A DNA stretch of 56,111 bases, the filler included, from Jimgerdemannia flammicorona (Eukaryota): the NCBI GenBank assembly GCA_003990765.1. It is 3 parts of 3 records of this genome, joined end to end, with 100 filler letters (N's around TTAATTAATTAA, not from the genome) between each part and the next. Parts side by side here need not be neighbours in the genome. Positions count along the whole stretch, not along the records: positions 1 to 18,642 come from RBNJ01002152.1; 2 more parts are not named here. One strand, 5' to 3'. Position numbers and translations under genes: made by a program. This document shows positions 1-12,374 of this stretch, in pieces. The notes under the pieces were generated by a model, which saw only the letters and a program-made list of their open reading frames with translations, was not told the DNA's origin and searched no databases. Positions within the stretch are counted from its first letter, which is position 1. Every line of letters begins with the position of its first letter.

Positions 1-115
1 TTGGGCAGGGGGAGGTTGAGGGAGGGGGGTTGGGCCCCCGGGGCATTGGTTGAATGGGTGGGTGACTTATATTGTAAACACTATAGATTCAGTAATAAAG
101 GGCAGTCCAAGAGAC

Positions 116-150
<35 letters not shown>
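1..150 (+). repeat. 3' end of a retroposed (LINE-like) element with poly(A) tail
   Basis: G-rich tract, AATAAA at ~94, then an A-run at 119-150. Confidence 0.4.
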
Positions 151-152
<2 letters not shown>

Positions 153-1390
153 TGAGGTTCTCTCCTAAGAGCTCTTTAGATAATCTATTATCAATAATTA
201 GACTAAGGAGTAGTAAGTAGATACAATATAGAGGACAATGAAGCCTGGCAGCTTTCTCTGATAATATTTAGATTACACAACCCTTTGGCAATACTTATAA
301 TATAGTTCTTGAAGAAAAGCTACTAGTATTATGGTGACTGATGAGTGTTCTGAGATATGTACTGGATAGAGTGGCCCTGGTACATTTGACTAGCAATATG
401 TGAGAAGAAGCTCTGGCCTAGAGGGAAGCATGAGGGACTTGCTGGCAGGTGGATGTAGTAGGAGAGAGAGCAGTACTGGTGGACAGAGAACTGAGAGAGT
501 AAGCTTTATGGACAAGATGAAGGGAGATTGGTAAGGAGCTGGACTAGAAAGTTAGCTAAGAAGGGATAAGGAGATACCAAAGTCTATAGAGCAATAGCCT
601 CAAGAGAGAGTCCTTCTAGGGGACCGAGGTAGTAGAGCTGATGATATAGTAGCTGAGGAGGTGACTGCTGATGGGAGTATGATGGATAATCAGAAAAAAA
701 ATCTAGATAGAACTACTGATGGTAGACTGAGTAGTGAGAAAGCTAGTGACCTGGCTAATGATGTAATGGGACTGGTAGTGACACCATTACTCAAGAAGTT
801 GATCTCAGAATTTATAGTTACTCTGTACTTTAGGAGCTTAGTAGTGATGGCAAAAATGGTCCTAGGGCTAATTGTAAAGTAAATGGAAGGTATGATATCT
901 ATTAAGTTCCTGAAGAGTCTAGAAGGAGTAGAGGTGGGCCTTGAGAAGGCAGGACCACTGGAGGAGGTACTGAAGGCTGGGTTGATGGTTGAGAAGATGT
1001 ATGTCCCAATGGTACAGTGCTTGAGATAGAATTCCAGAGTAATACAGCTTCTGGTAAAAGGAGTGCCTATAGTGACTACTGTAGAGATGAGGAGAAGAGT
1101 TGAGAAGATCATGGCTGAGTACAGAGAAGTAGTCAATATAGGGTTTAGGGTCTGAGAAGGGACCACCTTCTGGATAGAAGATGTTGATGTCTGGATTTGA
1201 CTAGTAGAGAGAGAGACTATTGGCAGGTTGTGCTGGTATGACTCTGCATCTAAGTCACCAGGAGGATGAGTATCTCAAGTTTTGGAGACTACAAGTATAG
1301 GCTCCAAGAAGTGCTAATAGATGTATCTCATCCCTTAGGTATAGGAGTCCCACCTGGTCTTTTCAGTATAACCATAGCTTCTAGTATTAG
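151..1390 (+). pseudogene. Degraded non-LTR (L1/Tx1-like) ORF1 remnant
   Basis: Plus frame ~890-1260 reads ...VIQLLVKGVPIVTTVEMRRRVEKIMAEYREVVNIGFRV*EGTTFWIEDVDVWI*, an RRM-like pattern typical of LINE ORF1, with point stops. CpG is nearly absent. Confidence 0.35.
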
Positions 1391-1419
1391 TAAGTTATAA
1401 GAATTTCAAGAATTTTGAG

Positions 1420-2350
1420 GCAAGAAGGGCAAAACAAGCAAGATGGACAATATGGGCAATATGGGCAATATGGGTAAGATAGGTAAGATGGGTAAGATAG
1501 TAAGATAGGCAATATGAGCAAGATGGACAAAACAGGCAAAATGATATAGACAAGATGGACAAGATGGATAAGATAGGCAAGATGAACAAGATGGATAAGA
1601 TGGGCAAGACAGGCAAGACAGGCAAGACAGATAAGATGGGTAACATGAGCAAGATGGGTAAGATAGACAAGACAGTAAGACAGTAAGATAGCAAGATAGG
1701 CAACATAGGTAAGATGGGCAAAATGGGCAAAATGATATAGGCAAGACAGGCAAGATAGGCAAGATAGATAAGATGGGTAAGACAAGTAATATAGGTGAGA
1801 CAGACAAGATAGGCAAGATGGCAAGATGAGCAATATAAGCAAGATAGGTAAGATGGATAAGATGGACAAGACAGATAATATGAGTGAGATAGATGAGACA
1901 GGTAAGATAGGTAAGATAGCAAGATGGGCAATATGGGTAAGATGGGTAAGATGGGTAAGATGGACAAGATGGGCAAGATGGCAAGATAGACAATATGGGT
2001 AATATGGGCAAAATGGGTAAAACAATATGGGCAAGACAGGTAAGATAGGCAAGATGGGTAACATAGGTAAGACAGATAAGATGGCAAGATGGGTGATATA
2101 GGCAAGATGGGTAAAATGGGCAAAATGAGCAAGATGGACAAGATGGGCAATATGGGTAATATGGACAATACAGATAAGACAGCAAGACAGCAAGATGGGT
2201 AATATGTATGGGTAAGATAGGTAAAACAGGCAAAATGATATAGGCAAGATGGACAAGACAGGTAAGACAGACAAGATAGGCAAGACAGGCAAGATAGGTA
2301 AGACAGACAAGATAGTAAGATAGCAAGATAAAAAAGATGAGCAAGATGGG
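1420..2350. repeat. Degenerate 9-bp minisatellite (consensus ~GGCAAGATG)
   Basis: About 100 units varying mostly by transitions (ggcaagatg/ggtaagatg/ggcaagaca/gacaagatg). It explains the three overlapping low-complexity minus-strand ORFs. Confidence 0.9.
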
Positions 2351-3619
2351 GAGGCACTAATAGGAATAGGTTAGGTGTATTAGATGCCAAGTACTTGAGG
2401 TGGTTGGGGCTCACAACTCATACTCACTCTTGGGTGTGGTAGGTCAGATAGGAGGATCTAGTTACTTGGGTAGTAAGATTATAACTCATACTCTAAAGAT
2501 GCTAAGATTGTTATTAGTTTGGAAATTATAGTATGGGAATAGGATATAGTAGAGGTGGAATGCAGTATGAGGCTACTGGTGTGGTATGAGGATATATTGT
2601 ATGTTTTAGATAGTTAATTAATAGGACTCTAGCCTATAGAGAAAAAAAAAAAAAAAAAAAAAAAGTGACTACTAATAAGGTATATGATTGGCCTTTGGTA
2701 ATAATGTAGGGAGCCTTTGTGTGCAAGATAACAAGGGTAAAGGAGAGTAATAAGGAGGAAGAGGACCTGTTGGAGGTACTAGAGGAGCTGAGTGGTATAG
2801 TAGAGGGCAAAGGTCTGGAAGATATATGTAGAGTTAACATACTTAGAGATTATTGATAGAAGGTGAGTTCATATTGACAAGAGGCTGTGGGAGAGATCTC
2901 AAGGTTACAAGAGGCAGAGAAAGTTGCTGGCAAGTCTGGAGGTGAAGAAGACAAGAGTTGCTAATAGCAGTAAGGATACTGGGGGGGCTATAGTGAGTGT
3001 CTGGACTGGTGGATAAGGGGAGAATGCAGAGGTAGATCTGGAGGAGGCCAGGGAGATGCTGAGTAAGAATCTATATAAGAATGATATGTTTGAAGTCTGA
3101 GAGCAGTCTTCTACTCCTACCCCTCTTATTAGATAGAGACCAGCTGTAAGGGGCTGAGCAGCAGAGGATATACCCATATATGGTATCCAGCAAGTATACT
3201 TTGGGATTCCTGAGATGGTGAAAGGAGGAGAAGTGGTGGTAGTTGGCAAGGAGAAACTGGTAGATGTCCAGAGGAGAGGTATAATGAGGCTATAAGTATG
3301 AGAGAGGATATCTCAATACTGAGTAAAGAGTGATCTATAACTCCTGGGAGGAAGAAAGTAGAGAATCTACTATAGATGTGCTGGATGATGAATAACATTA
3401 CAGCTGAGAAACTAGGAGAAGTGGACCTGAGAATGATGAGTGATAAGCATTGGAGAAGGATCCTGTATGGTAATGAAGTAGTGAAGACATTAAGGGCAGA
3501 GGTATTAGCAGTTTTCCTAGAGGAGGAAGAGTATGTGCTAAATACTTTAGATAAAATAAAAAAATAAAAGCAATACTGTAATTATTGTAAGCTAAATTAT
3601 ATATATATATAGTGCTCCA

Positions 3620-3815
3620 AATAGATAGAGTTGATCTAGATGAGATTTGATTCAGATTCATCATGTGATAGATTTGAATTAATTCAGATTGGTCTCATGA
3701 TCTGATCCAGATTGATCTAGATTAATCTAGATTGATCTGAATTAATCCATCCAGATTGATCCATCCAGATTGATCTATCTGGATTGATCTATCTGGATTG
3801 ATCTATCCAGATTAA
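3620..3815. repeat. 14-bp GATC-rich tandem repeat (ATCCAGATTGATCC-like), possibly DNA-transposon subterminal repeats
   Basis: atccagattgatcc/atctggattgatct units at ~3700-3815, downstream of a (TA)n tract and tagtgctccaaa at ~3610. Confidence 0.6.
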
Positions 3816-4660
3816 AATCTTTGGTGACATCACCCTTTCTTTTGTTTATTTTCACTCTGTTTTTTTTTTTCTGCCACACTTTGGTGACATCACCCTTTCT
3901 TTTGTTCCCTCTCTTCTTTTGTTCTTTTTTTGTTCTTTTTCTTTATTCTTTTTCTTTCCTGCCACATCACAAGCAAACAAAATAGCAGTCCTTAATTATA
4001 CATTAGTCCAGTTTACTTATTTTTTTACTCTATAATAATTGTTAAAAGAGGGAGTATTTGAGGTGAAAATGCACTCTCTACTGATAATATTAGATTCTTT
4101 CTCATATAGGTAGCACACAAGCTGCTCATCAAGAGCCAAAGGGGTAATGACAGTAGCAATGTGGTAATAGCAGAGATGAGAGAGAATTCCAGTAACAACT
4201 CACAATAGTCCTTTGGACCTCAGAATTCACAGATCTCATAGCTATATATATAGCAGCCTTTTTGGAGCAGCCAATAGTAGATGTAGGTTGCTTATTTTGC
4301 TGCCACTTATTTACTTATATTTACTTTTTTAATTTCCCCCAGCATGACCCAATTTACCTCATACTTTTCTTAGGGTCTACAGCTCTATAACAAGATCTGC
4401 CAACTTTATTCACAATATCTGGTCAAGATGAAGAAAGGCTAGTAGACATTGTGGGGCATACCTTTGGTGGCTGAGCTATTGAGTCAATGTATCATATAGT
4501 GGAGGTCTCAAAAGGAACAGAAGTAAGCCTTTATGAGCAATCTTATATAACTCATATAACTCATTGGCATGCAACTCACTCACTCACATTCTTTTTCTAA
4601 AATACCCATCTTTATATTTTATTTAACTTTATTTTTATGTAGTCTCCTCTAAAAAAATAT

Positions 4661-4965
4661 CTACACAACACTTGCATGCAACCTGTCTGCATGCAATCTG
4701 TCCACATATAACTTGTCTATATATAATCTATTTACATACAACTCATTCATATGCAATCTATCTATATGTAATCCATCTATATGCAACTCATCTGTATGCA
4801 ACCTATCTACACACAACCCATCTACATATAACCCATCTGCATATAATCTATCTATATATAACCTGTCTACATACAACCCATCTACATACAACCCATCTAC
4901 ATACAACCTATCTACATACAACCTATCTACACAAAACCCACCTATATGCAACCTGCCCACATACT
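4661..4965. repeat. 15-bp minisatellite (ATCTACATACAACCC/T)
   Basis: About 20 tandem units; the source of the YNPST/DRLYV repeat ORFs. Confidence 0.9.
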
Positions 4966-6449
4966 TATCTCAGCCCCTCAGATCAGGGCTCAGTTCTATT
5001 GGAAAGGAGAGTTCAAAGTTACCCAAGTTCAACCATATCTGGTATCTGATCAAATAGAGAAATTTGAGAGCAAGATGTTTAGTATGAGCAGTATCAGCAT
5101 TATCATCAAGGCTTGGGGGTCTATATTTGAATCAGAGTCAATTATTCTCAACTAAGAGATCTATTGGTCAGCAGGAGTAACCAATGATGAAAAGAACTAT
5201 ATCATTATTAATGATTATAGAGAGGTGGTTGTGATGGTGGTAAGAAATCTCTATGGTAATGAGCTTTACTACCACATCAATGAGGTTTGCAAGGATTGTA
5301 TCAAATACTGGGTAGTAGGAAAGAGGGAGTGAAAAAAGCAAAGAGGGGGGGTTTGGATGGGAATTGAGTATACTACAACACTGGTGAAAGGTGGGTTCTA
5401 GAGTTTTGAAATCCCCCACACTCATCTCTCTTTTTTTTTTTCCTCTCTAGATAATCACTCACTCTGCTGATATACTCTTTTTAAATTCCAGGAATGTACA
5501 AGATTCTATACCTCTACCAGAACTTTAGAAGTACCATTAAAGAGTAAACTGCATGCAAGTATAATATGGCCTGTACAGTAATAGTAGCTATAATCTGGGG
5601 TTCTTTGAGCAGATTAGTAGAGCATACATATGGTAGGCCAGCTTGGTAGTGATCTTGGCACAGCTGTATATACATTCTTGGTATAATTTAGCATACCACA
5701 TAAGGTAAGGAGCTCCACTTTTTTAGTACTACAGCCCAGGGGGTTTCTGCCCCCCTGCACATAAAAAGAACTGACTGGATGCTATTCATTTTAGCAGATT
5801 TCCAAGCTGGGGCTCCTGGGGCTAGACCAAGGACAGGCATTCACCAGTTCAGTCTGACAGTATGAGGTCCTGGGCCAAGGGTTCACCCAATTATATACTT
5901 ATATCATATCAAGATATGTTGGGTACAATATTTCTCTGCCCACATATACAGACAATAACATCACTCTGATAATGTTTTATATTCTGGAAAGGAAGGGCCC
6001 AACTTGAGAGGATAGTAGCAGAATCTGGTATAACCTTACCTATGGTTTTGGGGTCCTGTTTGCAGCCAACATGACTGTCTTATTCCAAACATATAACTAC
6101 CACAGCACCATTGCCTTTGAGGAGAGCTCAGATATAATAGTTATCATACTTAAAATTGATGATAGACTCATCAAGGCCTGAGACTGGTGGGTGGAGTAGT
6201 TTTTGTAAAGATCAGATAATCTTTTATAAGGGTTTGGCAGTCATTTTATATAAGTTAGATAGTCTTTTATAGGGGATTGGGCTAGCAGCCAGGTGTCTCT
6301 TCTGTAGCACTAGTTTAGCTATTATGCTGGGCCCTACTAGTCTCTTGGCCCTACTCTATAGTTCTGCCAGTACAGTACTATAACACAGGGCCAGAGTACT
6401 CATGAGATCTGAACTAGTGATGGGGCCTGAATCTGTAGTGGACTTCAAT

Positions 6450-6542
6450 AACCAGAAGTATCCTCTGACTGCCAGAAATGCTCTCTGATCACCAGAAGTA
6501 CCTTCTGACCACCAGAAGTACCCTCTGACCACCAGAAGCACT
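6450..6542. repeat. 21-bp tandem repeat (ACCAGAAGTACCCTCTGACC-like)
   Basis: Four to five tandem units beginning accagaag. Confidence 0.8.
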
Positions 6543-6570
6543 CTCCAACCTGGACTCAAACTCTTTGGTG

Positions 6571-7100
6571 GCTTGGGGTTGCCTCTATACTACTAGCAAA
6601 GGGCTGCAAATTTTGCATGCTCCCTTCACCAACTCTGTTGACCTCTGGCCCAGGTATAGACTACTTGGGGGTGCCCCTTACAGCTGATAGAGGGCTGCAA
6701 ATTTTGCATGCTCCCTTCATCAACTCTCTCATCTCAGATACTTACAGCTTGGGGCTGCTCCTTGCTGCAAGTAGAGGGTTGCAAATTTTATATACTCTCT
6801 CTGCCAACTCTGTACCCACTGACCCAGATACTGATAGCTTGGGGCTACCCCTTTACTACTGGTGGAGGGTCACAAATTTTGCACACTCCCTCTACCTATC
6901 CTGCCCCCTCTGTCTACCCCTCTGTCCCAGACACTTATAGCTTGGGGCTGCCCCTTGCTGCTAGTAAAAGGCCACAAATTTTGCATATTCTCTCTGCTGA
7001 CTCTATGTCCACCAACCCTACCCATCAATCCAGACACTAATAGCTTGGTGCTGCCCTTACTGCTAGTAGAGGACTATAAATTTTATATGCTCCCTCTACT
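6571..7100. repeat. Six ~84-103-bp tandem units with a palindromic core
   Basis: Units start at ~6571, 6663, 6747, 6837, 6940 and 7043. Core is GCTTGGGGCTGCCCCTT...GAGGG..GCAAATTTTGC...CTCCCTC. Confidence 0.8.
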
Positions 7101-7239
7101 GCTACCAATCCTATCAACCACTGCCCCACTTGGGCTGCAAACTCTGAGCCAAGCCTAAGTTGTTTTATCCTTTTTATTTTTGAAATATTAAATAATCCAC
7201 AAGACCAATTAACTTATTCATGAACCCCAGAGCCCACTA

Positions 7240-9660
7240 AATTTTAGTGGCCTGAGCCCCACCAAGATTTCAGACATATATATGCTCAGATTATCTCAGT
7301 ATTCAGTATACACCTCTTAGGGGCAATGAGATCTACCCTATCTGAGAACACCTGCTTGATAGGAGTGCTGGAAGCAAGAATCACTAAGTAGTCCTAAGCT
7401 ATACCACATAGGCTGGAGAAGTCTATTTGATGCAGCTGTATGCCCTGGTGAATAGAGTGGTGGTTAGAATAGTAGATTAAATTGGCCCAATGTAATTAAC
7501 CATCTGCCTGACAACCTACCTTCTATCAGTTGAGTACTTCTACACCCTCTAGTAGGATCACACAGTCACTGGTGAGATAAATGGTAAGTTTATCTATTAA
7601 TAGCAGCTCTTCTACTAATGGCTCTCTCTTCTTCTTTCTGCTGAAGTAAATGTGAGACAGAAGAGATCTCTCAGTATATTCATCCAGACTTCAGTCAGAA
7701 TCTTGTAGTAGTATGTAGTTTTTCTAATATATTTCAATTATGCCCTACTTAGTTCTCTCAATAAAGTACTACTCCTAGCTCTGATCTTTATGGTATTATA
7801 GCTTTAAGCATGAGTCCAGTACTGTTTGAAGAAAAAGAGTGAGTTTTTGCAGAGGTTTCTCTATTTTTGGAAGAGGCAATGGCCACATACTGACATATCT
7901 GTACTAATTGAGTATATAGTGATATCTGTTTTAAAGTAATATTTTCTGAGCTTGCTTAGAGCAATCTCTACAGTATCTCTCTGATCTGGGCTCAACCATA
8001 AATCACTGCAACCCTCTAGCCTATCCTTGAGCTTGTCCTCTAGCTGATCAATTAGAAGATTATATGCTGATATTGCAGAGTTTATTATTGGGGTTATTTG
8101 TTTGACTATATCCTTCATACAATCATTGAAACACTAGCAGTTATGTGTAGTAAGATATTATATTGTATGGAGATAGACAAAATGAGTGTGGGGTCAGAGT
8201 AATCACCACTTACTTCCAAAACTCTGATAATATTCCTAAGTACATCTCACTTGCTTTCACCTAGAGCCTCATTTTGCATTTCCTTATTGATAGCTACTGT
8301 TGAATCTATTGACTTTTTTTGTTTTGTTTTTTGTTTTTTGTTTTTTTTTAAAAAAAAAAACTTCAATTATCCAAAACAAGTTACTTCAGCCAACTGAAGA
8401 AAAAAGAATACATACTATAATAAACTCTAGTGTATGCTGGATCATTGCAATTATTGAGTTCCAATACATACAGACATTCAATATAAGCTCTTTTAAGACT
8501 AAACTGATTGTCTTATACTATACAGCAAATTTGTCTCATCATTGTGAAGATGATTAGACTGACACAACCAGTTTGTACAGCTTGGAAACTATACTCAGGG
8601 CCTCTCTTCTCTCAGATGTTTTGTCTATATATATAAGATAGTCTGGAACAGTAAGGTTTAGTATATAGATCTGATATTGTATATGATAGCTTTTTATACT
8701 AAAGACCACATTTTCTTATTTGAGACTAACTGCTAAAACTTGAAAAAATGTTGAGTTATTTGTGGTATTGTCCATTATAATGGCTAAAATCTGTACTTGA
8801 AATATTTAGTTAGCAAATTTATATGAAAATAAATAACTAATAAAATCTGTTTTATTTTAAAATCTTCTTCAAAATACTGATCTGATGGCAAGTCCTCCTT
8901 TTTACCTTAGTTGTGATCCCAAGCTTCCAGATACAACTAATAAAAGTATTTGTGATATTGTCTCCAGAATGAGGACCAGCAAGTTTGATAAAGTCAAGAG
9001 TGAGAGATTTAAGCTACTAATTGAGATCAATCCAATAACTGATAATACCCAGAAATGAAATTGCATTGAGGGATGTCTATGTATCAATCATAAATGAAAT
9101 TTTGTCTGCTGAATTCTGCTTATTGAATATGAGATTAAATTGGTGAGCTTTTTATAAATATATATATATAATTCAGCTTACAAAGATTATGGTACTGCTC
9201 TTATTTATTTATTTTACCTAAAGTATCTGGTAGAGATTGTCATGCTCCTTCCTATAGGTCTCCAGGACATCTTTGTAAATAGTGTCAGCACTTGGCAAAT
9301 ATAAATCATACTTGAGGAGGTTAAAGATGCTATACAATTAATCACTCTTGATAGTTGTGAATAGCTGGTCTATGTATACAATCTAGCAAATAAGCCAATT
9401 TTGAAATTCTACTAAAGAGTATAGCTAAATATTTTTGATTAAATAGAGTTATTGGTATAGAAATGGTCAGATAATCAGATAAATATACCCACTACAGCTT
9501 GGATATCAATTTTATTTATCTCTGTATTCTTTTTGATTTTATCAGAGTACTTGCCTTTTATATATCAATATATGTTCAAAGTCAAACTACTAAGTATTTT
9601 AAACTTCTGGCTATACAGTTTATGGGGGTAGATGAAACAGTATCATGTATGTGTCAAATA
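7240..9660 (-). mobile_element. hAT-family transposase pseudogene
   Basis: Minus strand: degraded BED-finger-like region (~9540-9630), ISFMIDT*TSLNAISFLG (first catalytic D, ~9050-9100), ...SKLRKYYFKTD...VLDSCLKL (LDPR motif), and the hAT dimerization domain IA*DYLVILASSTPIKQVFS...CLKSWW (7255-7440). Confidence 0.9.
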
Positions 9661-9905
9661 AAAGTATCAGTTATATCTTAGGTGCATTTTTTTTTTTTTT
9701 TTTTTTTTTAATTTTTTACCTATAATAGTCACAAATAATATCATCTCCCATCTTAGTACAATATTGCCAGATTTCAAAGTGAGGATTATATGGAAGGTGT
9801 GGAACTATTGGAGATGTTTAACTTGAAGTATCATCAGTACTGTGAACTATTAAAGACTGATCTGTCAACATGTATTTGTATATATATACATATATGTTTA
9901 CATAG

Positions 9906-12354
9906 TGTGACATATACAATTGACAATGGAGTACCAGTGACTGCTAAGATCAGACGACATAATGGCATGACAATCAAACAGACAGTCTGACCCATTAGGT
10001 GATCATCCCAAAGAAGACAAGATGATCTGAGCCAAAATGAAGACCACGTTATTTAAGGAACCATACTCCGCCTCAGGGATCGGCACCAAAGAACCAAGTA
10101 CTCACTATACAATGCCTCCCACTCGCTGAACCAACCAGACCTCCTGCCACTCTACCCCTCTGCCTGGCCCAAAGACCCTGATATTTGAAGCTATCAAGAA
10201 GGCCATTTGGCGCCCAGATACTTCCGAATACTTAAACTTCTACACTGAGGACCTTGGACACTTTATCAACTACCAGTATATAATGACCCAACAGCTCAAA
10301 GACACTACCGAATGAATGACCCTCTGGCATGACTATGAAATCGGACACCGCCTTCGTAATGAGACTCAAGAAGACAACCGGGAAGGCCTCATTACCAAAT
10401 TGATAACCACTAGCCGGCTATGTAATCAAGAGAGCCCTCCATGTCCACCAAATCTTCCGCCATATTCCCTGGGCCATAGCACACTTGCAAGGAGTAATGA
10501 CTGGTAGCCTTTCCTGCCTTTCAACTAAAGATGCTGACTAGATAGAATCTGAAGTAGCCAACTCTACTGTCAGCAACTGCGTCGCTGTAGGAAGTCAACA
10601 AACTAAACCTACTCAACCAGGTTTCCACACCACCCCACTCCAAGACAACCATCAAGGTCACCTAATGAGCCTTATGGAGATGTTTGAAGGACCACCCATT
10701 ACTATAGAAGCACCCATTGGAGCTACCCCTACCACCCACTACCCTGTCAACCACAATTCACATCTCATCATTTGGGAACCGAATCAAGAAGAAGCCCAAG
10801 AGGTCCCTGTCTTTAAGGAGGAAGCCCAAGAACTCCAAGACCCTGCCCCTGAAGAAACCCCCTCTGACACTGAAACTAACGAGCCTTCAGAAGAAGAAGA
10901 GGAGCAACAGAGAGTCTACTAGTCCTCTGTCTGCATTCAAGCTGTTCAAGGGTTGGAGAATGTTGTTGAAGATGACTGGCCACTTTTCTACCCCCTCACC
11001 TCTTGGCCAGTGCTTCCCCCTTTTGAGGAGAGGTATGATGAAGAAGAAATCTTGACCCAGCAAGATTTGCCTGCCATGGACGAAGGGTACTATTTCCTCT
11101 AGAACTACCACCTGTCAGCCGCGAGAATTGTACAGCCTTCATGTCAGCAAGTCCGAATCCAGCATTGCTACCCAGCACAACCGTTTCCAGCATCACTATC
11201 CAGTGCCACCATTTTCAGCATTTTGTCAGCAAGTCCGAATCCAGCATTACCACCCACAATATCCATATCTAGCACTAGCACTCATCTTATCCCTATTCGG
11301 CGCAAACAATTGTCACACCCGTTTTCAGCATTGCTATCCCCTACAACCCAATCTGTAGTAAACAATAGCCTGCACCTCGCATCGTGCAAGCCAATAGCAT
11401 AGTGAAGTTCACCACAATGTAGTATACCTTAGCTATGCCCATAGCTAGCAAACTTGTATAAATAACCCATATTCTTAGAGTGAATAAACCTCAGTCAACT
11501 GGTTTTGAGAAATAACCACTGCCTCCAAGAGACCGGATAAATTCTGAGAACAAGATAACAACCTAGAGCAACGGATTGCTCGGAAGTTTGAGTTAAAGAA
11601 TTTTCTCTTGCCATGGAAAGAAAATGTTACCCGACCGCTGCCATTCGAGACCCAAGACCTAGCCAAGGATTAAAGAACCCAAGGAACCCAAGTTACCTAG
11701 CTAAGGATTCAAGACCCAGAAACCCAAGGATACCCAGCCCAAAGGATACTAGACTGCCAAGGATTCAAGACACGACCACCGCGCATTCGGACCTCCGCGC
11801 ATTCAGACCGCCATTCGACTGCCGCCATTCGAGACCACTATTCGAGATTCAAGACCCGGAAAACCAAGGAACCCAAGGACACCCAGCCAAACAAGACCGC
11901 AGCCTAAGACCCACCGAGGTACTCGAACGACCGCCAAGGACCCCCGTAAACCCGCCCTCAAGTTAACAAGTTAGACAGATGAGCGAGCTATCAACCTCCG
12001 TTTTCCCGACCTACTGCGCCACGAACCGTTTAAAGTCAAGACTGTCACTGCATAAATTCAAGTTTGCCACTAGGAAACTTGGCCAGCATAATCGCCGCCC
12101 TTATCTACTAAACAATTGAGCCACCATTACCGTTGAACAACCGAACGACCTCATCATCAAACAATTGAGCCATTGACATCCTGAGCCATCGTCAAACGAT
12201 CTCCCGCTATTATTATCGCACGTTTCGAACAACCCATCATGTGACCATCGACCCATAACCATCATGAATGCATTCAGTTATACATCACGTACTTCACCAA
12301 GTGGCACACATTGAGCCGTGCAGTCGAAGTTCAATATACATAACTAATGCCACA
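9906..12354 (+). repeat. 5' LTR of family A (~2.45 kb)
   Basis: Imperfect inverted termini TGTGACAT (9906)/ATGCCACA (12347-12354), followed 3 nt later by the PBS. TATAAATA at ~11457. No second LTR in the contig to confirm the boundary. Confidence 0.75.
10037..11102 (+). pseudogene. Accessory ORF inside the family A LTR (unknown function)
   Basis: About 340 codons with few point stops and one frameshift (~10410): ...LIFEAIKKAIW...WHDYEIGHRL...RALHVHQIFRHIPWAIAHLQGV...acidic...EDDWPLFYPLT. Confidence 0.7.
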
Positions 12355-12357
12355 TTT

Positions 12358-12374
12358 TGGGGGCTCAACTGGGA
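12358..12374 (+). promoter_or_regulatory. Primer binding site, tRNA-Pro-like
   Basis: TGGGGGCTCAACTGGGA, close to the tRNA-Pro PBS of gammaretroviruses (TGGGGGCTCGTCCGGGA). Confidence 0.75.

Noticed and set aside
1387..2414. Three 300+ aa minus-strand ORFs (LPI/CLS/AHL repeats)
   Set aside because: They are translations of a 9-bp minisatellite; all three frames are open and low-complexity.
2350..3590. Further LINE remnants around the A-run at 2642-2664
   Set aside because: Composition and A-tail are suggestive, but no diagnostic motif could be read.
4661..5057. ORFs with YNPST/DRLYV/TTHLH repeats
   Set aside because: They are products of a 15-bp tandem repeat.
3980..6350. Possible degraded coding cargo between the tandem repeats
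   Set aside because: Too mutated; no family-specific motif in any frame I read.
6571..7100. CRISPR array
   Set aside because: Eukaryotic context, degenerate repeats, linkers related to each other, and no cas genes.
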